A stretch of DNA of 64,000 bases from Octopus vulgaris (Eukaryota). The stretch covers positions 34,968,001-35,032,000 of the forward strand of contig OX597835.1 of assembly GCA_951406725.2 (NCBI GenBank), given 5' to 3'. Positions 1-11,849 of this stretch are shown here, piece by piece. How positions within the stretch are numbered: position 1 is the first letter of the stretch; every line of letters starts with the position of its first letter. A model generated the notes under the pieces. It made no database searches and was not told where the DNA came from. It saw only the letters and a list, made by a program, of their open reading frames with translations. Both the position numbers and the translations under genes were made by a program.

Positions 1-460
1 TCCTCCTCCTCCTCCTCCTCCTCCTCCTCCCCCTTTTTCTTCTTCCCCACCTGCTCTTCCTGCTCTTCCTCTTTTTCTTTCTCTCTTCTTTATCATCACT
101 TGCAGCTCGATCATGCCCAGCCATCGTACTAACCACCACCACCACCACCACCACCACCACCACTACCACCACCTCACCACCACCACCACCACCACCACCA
201 CCACCACCACCACCACCACCACCACCACCACCACCACCACCACCACCACCACCACCACCACCACCACCACCACCACCACCACCACCACCACCACCACCAC
301 CACCACCACCACCACCACCACCACCACCACCACCACCACCACCACCACCACCACCACCACCGCCGCCGCCGCCATCACCACCAACGACATCGTTACATCC
401 TCATCATGACGACGTCGACGACACCATCGACATCACCACGACCGCCACCACCACCCGTCG

Positions 461-495
<35 letters not shown>

Positions 496-522
496 ATTCA
501 TACATACATATATATACATATA

Positions 523-578
<56 letters not shown>

Positions 579-603
579 TATATGTATATATATGTATGTA
601 TGA

Positions 604-676
<73 letters not shown>

Positions 677-800
677 CAGTTTTGTCTCAAAAGGCTTCGG
701 TCGGCCAGAGGCTATAGTAGAAGACACTCGTCCAAGGTGCCTCGCAGGGGGAGTGAACTCGGAACCATGTGGTTGGAAAGCAAGCTTCTTAGCACACACC
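677..800 (-). mobile_element. SINE family B fragment (tRNA head with CORE-like segment)
   Basis: Matches the 5' part of the SINE B copies (ggaaccatgtggttgg, aaggtgcc, ctatagtagaagacac). Confidence 0.75.
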
Positions 801-920
801 CGGTCATACGATAGTGTACTGAAAGGTTCCTGATTTTAAGGGTATCGGGAAAGGCCTGACTGGAGGCTCAACCTTCCGAGTTCTTTTACAGTGCTTAGAG
901 AAACAGAAGGACTGCTGCAA

Positions 921-2174
921 TACGAGGGACGTTCAATAAGTAATGCCTCTGACTCACTTGCAGTTGTTTGATGTAGCTGAAATTTTGCATGTGCAATCAT
1001 TTATATCTCTATTTATATCTCTATCTGAATTAATTGGGGTTTCTGATTTACAGGTGTTTGAACCAAGTCAAGTGTGAAATGTAGCCTGTTGAGTGTCGAG
1101 CAGTGATCCGGTTTTTGTATTTGAAAGGACGCACACCACGGGAGACTTTTGATGAAATGAAAGTAACTTATGGTGATGATGCCCCATCATATGACCTTGT
1201 AAAACGCTGGCATCGTGAATTCAAACATGGTCGAAACTCTGTGGAAACAGCTCCCAGATCTGGTCGCCCCCTTCTGCCATTGATGAGGCATCTGTCCGTC
1301 AAGTTGAGGCTGTCATTTTGGAAGATCGACGCATAATTATTCGCCAAATAGCCCATGAGGTCAAGATTAGTACCGGGTCTGTGGAAACTATCATTCATGA
1401 CCATTTGCATATGCAAAAGGTGTCTGCCAGATGGATTCCCAGGCTGCTCACGCCTTTCCAGAAGCAAGAACGCGTCGAGTGCTCGAGGGTGAATTTGGAG
1501 ATGTGCCAAGAAGATGAGTCAAAATTTTTCAAAAGACTGATTACACAGGATGAAACCTGGGTCCATCACGATGATCCAGAGACCAAAGCCCAGTCAATGC
1601 AGTGTAAGCACCGTGACTCACCCCCTCCAAAGAAGGCAAGGGTGCAGCCCTCCGCTGGCAAGGTCATGCTCACAGTCTTCTGGTACCAGGACGGAGTAGT
1701 GATGACAGATTTCCTGGCAAAGGGTACCACAATTACAGGAGCCTATTATGCTTCACCTTTGAGGAAATTAAGAGAAGCTATCAAAATCAAGAGGCGGGGC
1801 AAAATCAGCAAAGGCATCCTCCTCCTGCAGGACAACGCTCCGGTCCACAACTCGCTTGTCACCAGATCAGAAGCACAGGCGTATGGCTATGAACTCCTCC
1901 CCATCCCCCCTACTTTCCTGACCTTGCACCCTCTGATTTTCACCTCTTCCCAGCCATGAAGTTGTTTTTGAAAGGAAAGCGTTTCCCAGATGATGCAGCC
2001 TTGATTTCTGAAGTCACGTCGTGGTTGGAGGACCAAGCTGGGGTCTTCTACAAAAACGGTCTCCAGAGCCGCATCAAACGATGGGAGAAATGCGTAACTC
2101 TGGGTGGTTCCTATGTAGAAAAAGACTGCTATGGGAAGTGGGTCAGGGGCATTACTTATTGAACGCCCCTCGTA
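921..2174 (+). mobile_element. Mariner (DD34D) DNA transposon, full length, inactivated
   Basis: TIRs tacgagggacgttcaataagtaatgcc (921) / ggcattacttattgaacgcccctcgta (to 2174) with TA ends; internal transposase remnants. Confidence 0.93.
1079..2130 (+). pseudogene. Mariner transposase pseudogene (early stop, frameshifts near 1270 and 1900)
   Basis: ORF pieces 1103-1336, 1318-1959 and 1956-2162 carry WIPRLL, ITQDETWVHH, LLQDNAPVH and an out-of-frame PYFPDLAPSDF; C-terminal RWEKCV..GGSYVE. Confidence 0.92.
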
Positions 2175-2279
2175 GGTGTGTGAATCTGAGAGGGAAATAT
2201 GTTGAATAAAATCATAATTAATTTATCCTCCTCTATTTTCTTTTATCCAAAGCCAGGAAGTTTTCAGCACCCCCACGTA

Positions 2280-2332
<53 letters not shown>

Positions 2333-2360
2333 GCAAATGTATATATGTAAATATATATAT

Positions 2361-2423
<63 letters not shown>

Positions 2424-2549
2424 CGCGAGTGTGTATGATTGTGTATAGAAGAATATATTACTCAAAAAATTTCCCACTTTGATTTTCACGTTTCATTTAC
2501 AATCTTATAATAATATAATATAATATAATATAATATAATATAATATATA

Positions 2550-2773
2550 TTTATTTCCCACAGGAAGCTAAACACAGAGGGGACAAACAAGGACAGACAA
2601 AAAGCTTAAGCCGGTTACATCGACCCCAGTGTGTAACTGGTACTTAATTTATCGACCCCGAAAGGATGAAAGGCAAAGTCGACCTCGGCGGAATTTGAAC
2701 TCACAACGTAACAGCAGACGAAATACCGCTAACCATTTCGACCGAGCGACGGACGGCGAGCTGGCAGAATCGT
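2550..2773 (-). mobile_element. SINE family A copy with inverted 5' head
   Basis: Reverse complement of the SINE A body (atcgaccccgaaaggatgaaaggcaaagtcgacc), then a plus-strand head ggcgagctggcagaatcgtta at about 2755-2773. Confidence 0.85.
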
Positions 2774-2961
2774 TAATATAATATAATATAATATAATATA
2801 ATATAATATAATATAATATAATATAATATAATATAATATAATATAATATAATATAATACAATATAATGAAATGATAGAATATTTTAAATGTCCATTCTGA
2901 ATGAACTAGTACTTTCATGCATTAAACTATGCAATCTTCAGATTCATGTAATAGTGGTGAC

Positions 2962-4725
2962 AGTTATATTTTACAATCTACAACTGTGGTGAGATGGCTA
3001 AACTGTGTGCCTTAAATATATTTGTTTAGGCTCCAGAATGTTAATGTTTGCAAACTGTATTCTGACCAATGAGTGCGTGATTTTACTAAATTACTTAAGT
3101 CATTTTATTAAATTCTTTATTAATTTCAAAATTGATTGATATAAAAGCAGTGTTTTTCGACAGAGATATGGTAACAAAATGGTTAACAACAAAGGATGAA
3201 TATGTAATAGAACTTTCGAGTGATTAACCTCTCAGAAAACCTTAAATGCATTAGGACTTGGTGTTGCTGCTGTTGCTGTTGAGCTCGCAAGATCGCGCCT
3301 CTGTAGTGGGAGAAGTCCGAAACGTGGTGCTTTGCTATTCGTAAGACCCGCAGAAGAGAAAGCAGGTCAACCCCCGACACCGAGAGCATCGACGGATGGA
3401 TGAATGCGCATCCAGACTCAGCGATTGCGTAGGAAGTCGAGGACAAAAAACAGTGAGAGAAAGTTGGGGCAAAAGAGTACAACAGGGGTCGCCACCACCC
3501 CCTGCCGGAGACTCGTGGAACTTTTAGGTGTTTTCGCTCAATAAACACACACAACACCCGGTCTGGGAATCGAAACAGCGATCCTCCGGCCGCGAGTCCG
3601 CTGCCCTAACCACTGGGCCATTGCGCCTCCACTGGTGTTGCTGCTGAATTTTGTCCAAATTAGCTATTGAAACCCTCCCACCATTTCTTAAAACGTATTT
3701 GTGTAAATCATTATTTTCGGTGGAGACTGGAATTTAAAAAAACAACAAAAAACATTGCCGTTGCCTTAAGACTATCATTAACAAATATTAAACCAAGATT
3801 TGATTTGTGCAAAAATAAACAAGTACATCCTTTTTACTAAAGTAATTTTGTTTTCTATTTGCAATAAATTTATATTTAAATATCGAGAAAAGTTAGTTTT
3901 TATTGTTTTTGTAAAGAAAACGATAAGGGTAACGACGAATTTCGGCACTCTTTGCCTGAAGGTGGAAACATTTTCTTTATAATTTTTATATTTATTTTAA
4001 TTTTCTGTTTGACTTTTCTTCAGAAGAAACCTTTGAAGATGATTATTTTTCTAATCTTTGAAGAAAAATTGTTTTGTATATTTTTGTTTTATTTTTTTAG
4101 ACTCAATTTCTTTTCCCGAATATCTTACATTGATTTTGAATTTGGTTATAGAAAACCCAATAGCTGCTGCTGTTTCTTATTTATTTGAATTCTTGACCGA
4201 AAAAGCCCCAACCAAATAATTTTGTTAAAGGAAAACAAACTAAGCATTTATTTTCTAAAAGATATACGTGAAAGAAAAAAAAAACATAGATCAACCAGCT
4301 GACATGTACATTCGAAATAAAAATCTGTAAGAAGAACAGTAAAAATATGCAAGACTTTTCTCAAGTTGAAAATGTGAGATTGCTTTTGTTATCCACATTT
4401 CAATAATGGAACTTTGTGTCTTTGTTAGAAAACAAGCTCCTTCCTTACAGGAAAATTTCAAATAATTAAAAAATAGAAGAGAACTCATCCATCCATCCAC
4501 ACACGTTTTTATATTAGAATGTTTTTCTTTTTTTTTTCAAGACGATATTATTTTGGGGAGTTATTAATAAAGAATTTAATAAAATGACTTAAGTAATTTA
4601 GTAAAATCACACACTCATTGGTCAGAATACAGTTTGCAAACATTAACAATCTGGAGCCTATACAAATGTATTTAAGGCACACAGTTTAGCCATCTCTCCA
4701 TAGTTGTATATTGTAAAATATAACT
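2962..4725. repeat. About 163-bp inverted repeat pair (2962-3124 / 4563-4725)
   Basis: Arms are near-exact reverse complements; the second arm is bracketed by a 28-bp direct repeat (4533-4560, 4730-4757). Confidence 0.92.
3273..3632 (-). mobile_element. tRNA-derived SINE family C with a distinct (CAA/CAG)-ending tail
   Basis: Minus-strand head with A box tggcccagtgg and B box gtttcgattcc; TSD tggtgttgctgctg at 3259 and 3633. Confidence 0.85.
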
Positions 4726-5169
4726 ATTATTTTTCAAGACGATATTATTTTGGGGAGATTTAACAATTACTTTTAGCTGGCTGGTGTTCTACGTAGTAGC
4801 CCTACCGTTGGCTCATGTCACATAGATTTGGGGACGAGTGTCGTGTTGTTGTTGTTGTTGTTGATCTGCGGGTCAGTCTTGATCAAAACAGCCTTATGAA
4901 CAAAAGGCTTTCCAGCTGCGCCTCAGCCGACGATTACCATTTCCCCAGACATAAAGTATCCAAGACAACAGAAACCCTCACGTGTATTCCCTCTTTCAGT
5001 TGGGATTTGAATTGAATGTTGCTGCTAACAAATATTAACCAAAATTGTTTTCGTTATTTTGCAGTGCCGCATTCAATTCCTGTCAAATGGAATTATAATC
5101 CGAAGAAGAAGGAAAAAAAGGTGGATTGGGCCAGGCCAGGTTGGATTTTTCTAGTAATATTAGCAGGAA

Positions 5170-5450
5170 CGAAGGCATGTGGCTAAGTGGTTAGGGTATT
5201 CAACTTATGATCGTAAGGTCGTGTGTTCAATTCCCGGTGACGCGTTGTGTCCTTCAGCAAGACATTTTATTTCACGTTGCTCCAGTCAACTCAGCTGGTA
5301 AGAATGAGTAGTAGTTGTAATTCAAAGGCTCAGTCATGTCACGCTGAATCTCCTTGAGAACTACATTAAGGGTACACGTGTCTGTGGAGTGCTCAGCCAC
5401 ATGTACGTTAATTTCACAAGCAAGCTCTTCCTTCGTAATCGACGGAGCGT
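5170..5450 (+). mobile_element. tRNA-derived SINE family D (older copy)
   Basis: A box tggctaagtgg, B box gttcaattcc, CORE-like tgtgtccttcagcaagac; homologous to 24088-24343. Confidence 0.75.
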
Positions 5451-5720
5451 ACCATATTTACAGGAAGACAGCTCCATTAGTTTAGTTTCAGTTCATCCTC
5501 TTCTCTCGAACGCATTGAGCAGCAAGTTGATGCCATTGGTTTCTGTTGGATGCGGTTTCTTCTACATCCGGTCATGAGATATTGGCCTCTCTCTTGTCGG
5601 TTACGAATGTTCTGCGCCGTGTAGTGTCAGGTCTTGCTCCGTTACTATTTCTCTCTCAGCGATGCCCATTTGAAAGCTGTTTTGCTATAGCCTCGCTTTA
5701 GCAGCTGCAGTATGTGACCT

Positions 5721-5929
5721 ACTCTCTTTACTCTCTTACTTGTTTCAGTCATTTGACTGCGGCCATGCTGGAGCACCGCCTTTAGTCGAACAAATCGACC
5801 CCGGGACTTATTCTTTTGTAAGCCCAGTACTTATTCTATCGGTCTCTTTTGCCGAACCGCTAAGTGACGGGGACGTAAACACACCAGCATCGGTTGTCAA
5901 GCAATGCTAGGGGGACAAACACAGACACA

Positions 5930-6007
<78 letters not shown>

Positions 6008-6180
6008 CATATATACGACAGGCTTCTTTCAGTTTCCGTCTACCAAATCCACTCACAAGGCATTGGTCGGCCCGGGGCTATAGCAGAAGACACTTGCCCA
6101 AGGTGCCACGCAGTGGGACTGAACCCGGAACCATGTGGTTGGTTAGCAAGCTACTTACCACACAGCCACTCCTGCGCCTA
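5721..6180 (-). mobile_element. SINE family B, full length
   Basis: Head ggagtggctgtgtggtaagtagc...ggttcagtccc, internal (TA)n(TG)n, tail ggcggtgctccagcatggccgcagtcaaatgactgaaacaagt. Confidence 0.92.
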
Positions 6181-6418
6181 CTGGTTTAATCTCCGTTCTG
6201 TGAGGACTTTGCAAAATGGCCTTGTGTTGGCCTTCTTTAGAACAGTGACGTTGTCTCGCCTGTACATTCCCAGAATCCTTTTCAAGCACCTTTGGTGAAC
6301 TCACCCGGTTTCCTCTCGAGTTTCATGGTGCTCTTCCATGCCTCACTGGCGTAGAAGCACTTGGTACAACTACGCTATCATAAAGCCGGATCTTTGTGTG
6401 TAGGCCGATGGTATTAGA

Positions 6419-6891
6419 GGCGGCGAGCTGCCAGAAACGTTAGCATGCCGGACGAAATGCTTAGCAGTATTTCGTCTGCCGTTACGTTCTGAGTTCAAAT
6501 TCCGTCGAGGTCGACTTTGCCTTTCATCCTTTCGGGGTCGATTAAATAAGTACCAGTTACGCACTGGTGTCGATATAATCGACTTAATCCGTTTGTCTAT
6601 CCTTGTTTGTCCTCTCTGTGTTTAGCCCCCTTGTGGGTAGTAAAGAAATGGGTGTTAGAGGCGGCGGGCTGGCAGAAACGTTAGCACACCGGACGAAATG
6701 CTTAGCAGGTTTTCGTCTGCCGTTACGTTCTGAGTTCAGATTCCGCCGAGGTCGACTTTGCCTTTCGTCCTTTCGGGGTCGATTAAATAAGTACCAGTTA
6801 CGCACTGGGGTCGATATAATCGACTTAATCCGTTTGTCTGTCCTTGTTTGTCCTCTCTGTGTTTAGCCCCCTTGTGGGTAGTAAAGCAATA
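6419..6891 (+). mobile_element. Two head-to-tail SINE family A copies (6419-6650, 6660-6891)
   Basis: Each has ggcggcgagctg..., B box gttcaaattcc, core gcctttcatcctttcggggtcgat and tail tgtgtttagcccccttgtgggtagtaaag. Confidence 0.92.
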
Positions 6892-7129
6892 GGTATTAGA
6901 AGACTAGGCAGAGAATATTTCCTGAAAGATCGGCCGCGGATTTGTCAACTCCATGGTTGTCATAAGTCAGGATATTGTTGCAGATGATGGTGCCTAGATT
7001 GGTGGATGTAAGTGGTATATATGAAAAAGAAAAATGAAAAATAATTTAACTCATGTCCATTGTCCGGAAATCTTCTATAGAAGAACAGAATGGACTAAAC
7101 GGAGCAGGAACACGCACGAGGACAGAAAG

Positions 7130-7174
7130 TGTCGCTGAAGAGGTCACAGATGTGTGACGAAAGATTTCCGGACA
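7130..7174 (+). ncRNA. Minimal type I hammerhead ribozyme candidate
   Basis: CTGAAGA 7135-7141, stem II gtcaca/tgtgac with GATG loop, GAAA 7159-7162, near-palindromic stem III, UC site at 7167-7168, imperfect stem I tgtcg/cggaca. Confidence 0.65.
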
Positions 7175-7371
7175 ATGTACATGAGTCAGGATATATCACC
7201 TTTGTTGCAGATGATGGTGCCTAGATTTGTGGATGTAAGTGGTATATATGAAAAAGAAAAATGAAAAAATTTAACTCATGTCCATTGTCCGGAGATCTAT
7301 AGAAGAACAGAATGGACTAAACGGAGCAGGAACACGCACGAGGACAGAAAGTGTTGTTGAAGAGGTCACAG

Positions 7372-7784
7372 GTGCAGGAGTGGCTGTGCGGTAAGTAGCT
7401 TGCTTACCAACCACATGGTTCCGGGTTCAGTCCCACTGCGTGGCATCTTGGGCAAATGTTTCCTACTATAGCCTCCTGCCGACCAAAGCCTTGTGAGTGG
7501 ATTTGGTAGACGGAAACTGAAAGAAGCCCGTTGTATATATGTATATATATGTATGTGTGTGGATATCTTTATGTGTCTGTGCCCCCCTCCCCAACATCGC
7601 TTGACAACACAACCGATGCTGGTGTGTTTACGTCCCCGTTACTTAGCGGTTCGGCAAAAGAGACCGATAGAATAAGTACTGGGCTTACAAAAGAATAAGT
7701 CTCGGGATCGATTTACTCGACTAAAGGCGGTGCTGCAGCATGGCCGCAGTCAAATGACTAAAACAAGTGAAAGAGTAAAGAGTA
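7372..7784 (+). mobile_element. SINE family B with 12-bp TSD
   Basis: Full SINE B; TSD aagaggtcacag at 7360-7371 and 7785-7796. Confidence 0.93.
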
Positions 7785-8489
7785 AAGAGGTCACAGATGT
7801 GCGACGAAAGATTTCGGGACAATGTGCATAAGTTAAAATAAGAAAAGTAATAAATGAGGAAAGAAAAAAACGAAAAAGAGAAAACGCAAAAGAAACATGA
7901 CCCAATCGGTTTGGGGGAGTCACACATACATAGACAACGAATGAAAGCTATTCATTGTGTTCACATTTTGGAACCTAAAATGTATAAATTATGTTAATTT
8001 GCTCTTCATTTATATTCGCACACCCCCACCACTGCTATTGTGTAGCAGCATTACCAAAATATACCAATTTAATGGAATGGATTTTAAAAAAGATCTTTTA
8101 TTTTTTTGCCTGTCTTTCTTTGTAACAAAATTATTTTTACAAACATTATTAATATTATTATTATTATTATTATTATATTTATATAATTCTATCTTTTATC
8201 ATTAAGTCATGACTAAACAAATTCCTATGGCGAAACGAAACAGTAGGAAATGCCAAAATATAAAAATAAAATTTAAAAAAAAAATGGGAAAAAAGTAAAG
8301 AAATAATAAAAAAGTATAAAATTAATAAACGAAAGATAAAATTTACTCCCTCCCCCTCCTCACCGCCGAAAACAATAACAACAATCATAACAACAATATA
8401 AACAACCAGTAAAGAAACGAAAACAAGACGGTGAATCATTTTTGTTTGCAGTGTTTTTATGATTGTTTTTCTTTAAAATCATGTTTAAT

Positions 8490-8811
8490 TTAATCATCAT
8501 TCTCATCATCATCATCATCATCGTCGTCATCATCGTCGTCGTCGTCGTCGTCGTCACCATCAGCGTCATCATCATCATCTTCATCATCATCACCATTGTC
8601 GTCGTCGTCGTCGTCATCATCATCACCATTATCGTAATCATCATTGTCGTCATCATCATCAGCCATCCTCCTCCTCCTCATCTTCATCTTCGGCGTCACC
8701 ATCATCGTCATCATCATCATTATCATCTTCATCATCATTATCAACATCACCACCACCATCGTCGTCATCAGCATTATCATCATCATCACCATCATTATCA
8801 TCACTATCATT

Positions 8812-8846
<35 letters not shown>

Positions 8847-8929
8847 TACCACCATCATTATCATCATCATCACCACCACCACCACCACCACCACCATCGT
8901 CATCGTCATCGTCATCGTCGTCGTCATCG

Positions 8930-8965
<36 letters not shown>

Positions 8966-9050
8966 CCACCAATACCGTCGTCACCAACGCTGCTCAGCAT
9001 TTTGTCAGACTCCCTACTGATAACATCAACATCAACAACAACAACAATAT
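8490..9050. repeat. (CAT/CGT/CAC)n low-complexity tract
   Basis: Trinucleotide simple repeats; similar tracts at 133-460, 9475-9860, 10240-10800, 18480-18870, 56570-57810. Confidence 0.95.
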
Positions 9051-9064
9051 CAATTACTTCTGAT

Positions 9065-9460
9065 ATGAGGCACAAGCCCAGCAATTTTAGAAATGGGATA
9101 AGCCGATCACATCGACCCTCCCACCCATGCTCCAGCAGTACTTTATTTTTTGAACCCCAAAAGGATGAACGGCAAAGTCGACCTCGGCTGAATTTGAACT
9201 TAGAAAATAAAGATCCGGATTAAATGCCGCTAAGCATTTTGTCCGTCGCGGTTACAATCCCGCCAGCTCGTCGCCTTATTTTCATAATAGTTTCTTTAAG
9301 CTCGAAGTTTTGGGGGGAATGGGGAGAGGGAGAGATCGATCTGATCGAACCCTACTCTTGACTGGTATTTTCTGTTATCGACCCTGAAAGGAAGAAAGGC
9401 AAAGCTGACTTCGGTGTATTTGATCTCAGAACGTAAAGAATCGGAAGAGATGTCGCTCAG
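9065..9460 (-). mobile_element. Two diverged SINE A-related fragments
   Basis: gaaccccaaaaggatgaacggcaaagtcgacc and atcgaccctgaaaggaagaaaggcaaagctgac. Confidence 0.7.
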
Positions 9461-10090
9461 CACCTTCTGCCATCATTATGATGATGATGGCAATGATGAT
9501 GATGAGCATGATGATGATGATGATGGTGATGAATAATAATGGCGATAATGATGACGAAGACGATGATAATGCTGACGATGATGATGATGATGATGGCGAC
9601 GACGACGACGACATTGATGATGATGGCGATGATGATGACGAAGCCAATGATGGTGATGTTGACGATGATGATGATGATGATGATGATTATGATGATGACG
9701 ACGATGACGACGGTGATGGTGATGATGATGGTAGTAATGCTTTCTTTGGTTGATTATATCATAATGATAAAAAAAACAACACACTATGACGATATCGATA
9801 AGAAGAACAAGAATAACAACAACAATAACAACAACAACAGCAATTACAAGAAGCAAAACAAAGTTATTTCGATTAATAGAAATATTGAAATATGAGTAAA
9901 ACGAAAAACTAACAAAAAAAAAATAAATACATAGAAAATAAAATTATATGAAAAATAAATAAAACTAAAGCTAAAACACAGAAATAAAGTAAAATATAAA
10001 AAAAAGTGAAAAAGAAAAAAGCCGGAGTCCTTTGAGAAATGTTGCCGCTTAGAGAAGTCGAACCCACGCTGTGTTTGTTTCCGACTTATC

Positions 10091-10151
10091 TTATAGAAGT
10101 CCTTTCGCTTCGTCAAAGATTTCCTTAGTCTTGGCAATTAACCATTCCTTG
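10091..10151 (-). CDS. Candidate short terminal exon of an unidentified host gene (KEWLIAKTKEIFDEAKGLL*)
   Basis: Non-repetitive island; acceptor aattacag, open phase-2 frame to TAA, U-rich downstream; no homology recognised. Confidence 0.3.
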
Positions 10152-11303
10152 CTGTAATTAATTATATTTCAACCTTAGGATGTGTGGTGGGTTTTTTTTT
10201 ACCTCAATATTCAGAACTGGTTCTTGGTTCTTCTGTACTTAAGGTGGTGGTGGTAGTGGTGGTAGTAGGGTGGTGGTAGTGGTGGCGGTGGTGGTGGCGA
10301 TGGTAGTGGTGGTGGTGGTGTTGGTAGTGATGATGGTGGTAGTGGTGGGGATAATGGTGGTAATGGTGGTGGTGGTAGTTGTGATGGTGGTAGTGGTGGT
10401 AATGGTGGTGGTAGTAGTGGTAGAGGGAATTGTGGTTGTGGTTATAGTGGCAGTAGTAGTGGTGATGGCAGCTGTTCTGTGGCACTGGTGGTAGTGTAGT
10501 GGTGGTTGTGATATAATTGTATAGTTTGAGGGTTGGTAGTGGCGATGGTAGTGGTGTTGGTGTTGGTGGTAGTGGTTATGGCGGTGGTGAGGATAATGGT
10601 GGTGGTGGTAGTTGTGATGGTGGTAGTGGTGGTGATAGTGGTGGTAATGGTGGTGATGGTGGTAGTGGTGGTGGTGATTTTGGTGGTTGTGGTTATGGTG
10701 GTGGTAGTAGTGGTGATGGCGGCTGTTCTGTGGCGATGGTGGTAGTGCAGGGGTAGTAGTGATATAAGTGTATAGTTTGAGTGGTAGTAGTAGTGGTGTT
10801 GGTGGTTTGCTCTTGTGGTTGGCAAGTAATGTGATAGCAGTGACATGTAGTATTGGCATAATGTAAGTAGTGGTGGAATTGATGGTGTGGTGGTTATAGT
10901 TTGCTGGTCCGGTGTAACTGTAGTTGTGGTGGGTGTGAAGAAGTGGTGGTGTGTTGACTGTGATGTAGTTCTCGTATACAGTAGTACTGGTAGTGTTGGC
11001 GGTAGTGCGCAGGTGTGGTCTGATTGTGGTAGTGCAGTAAGACGATATAGTGGAGGTGGGGCTTAGAATTGTAGTATGCTGGTGGTGGTAGTGGAGGTGG
11101 TGGTAGTAGTTTGCTGTAGACTTTAGTGTAGTTGCATTGCTGTATTATAGTATTGGTATAGTAGAAGTGGTTGTTGTGGTTGTAGTGTGTTTGTGGTGGA
11201 TGGAGTGTTGGTGGTTGTAGTGTAATTGGAATACGGTGAGTGTGACTGTGTGGGTTGTAGTAAGCTGATCTGACATAATAATAATGTTTGGGGACGGTGG
11301 TAA

Positions 11304-11515
11304 GGCGGCGAGCTGGCAGAAACGTTAGCACGCCGGACGAAATGCTGAGCGGTATTTGGTCAGCCGCTACGTTCTGAGTTCAAATTCCGCCGAGGTCGAC
11401 TTTGGCTTTCATCCTTTCGGGTTCGATTAAATAAGTACCAGTTATTTGTCCTCTCTGTGTTTAACCCCTTGTGGGTAGTAAAGAAATAGGTATTTCGTCC
11501 GTCGCTACGTTCTAC
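11304..11515 (+). mobile_element. SINE family A (internally deleted)
   Basis: ggcggcgagctggcagaaacgttagc head and tail tgtgtttaaccccttgtgggtagtaaag. Confidence 0.85.
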
Positions 11516-11565
11516 GTAAGCCAGCTACTTACCACACAGCCACTCCTACGCCTATTATTATTTAT

Positions 11566-11731
11566 AGGCGTAGGAGTGGCTGTGTGGCAAGTAGCTTGCT
11601 TACGAACCACATGATTCCGGGTTCAGTCCCACTGCGTGGCACCTTGGGCGAGTGTCTTCTACTATAGCCTCGGGCCGACCAAAGCCTTGTGAGTGGATTT
11701 GGTCGACGGGAACTGAAAGAAGCCCGTCGTA

Positions 11732-11797
<66 letters not shown>

Positions 11798-11814
11798 TAT
11801 ATATAAATAAATAA

Positions 11815-11849
<35 letters not shown>

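Larger units (their letters stand above)
807..2279 (+). mobile_element. Short non-autonomous mariner (807-920 plus 2175-2279) split by the mariner above
   Basis: TIR-like ends tacgatagtgtactgaaaggttcctg / ccaggaagttttcagcacccccacgta; transposase C-terminal remnant LEKQKDCCN|CVNLRGKYVE* interrupted at a TA. Confidence 0.8.
5480..6960 (-). mobile_element. Degraded RTE-clade LINE fragments (5480-5720, 6181-6409, 6901-6960) interrupted by SINEs
   Basis: Minus-strand translation gives TKIRLYDSVVVP and HQRCLKRILG motifs typical of RTE ORF2. Confidence 0.6.
6961..7833 (+). repeat. Two tandem ~227-bp units, each with a hammerhead motif; second unit split by a SINE
   Basis: tgttgcagatgatggtgcc at 6976 and 7203; second unit resumes at 7785. 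Confidence 0.9.

Noticed and set aside
113-833. Poly-T/H/V and [12 protein letters not shown] ORFs here and throughout the window
   Set aside because: Translations of (CAC)n, (TA)n, (CA)n and (ATCT)n microsatellites
3560-3632. tRNA-like sequences at SINE heads
   Set aside because: A and B boxes continue into SINE bodies and lack a full cloverleaf; not tRNA genes
6961-7833. CRISPR-like or prokaryotic system interpretation of repeats in the window
   Set aside because: No constant repeat-spacer array, operon or cas-like ORF; context is eukaryotic
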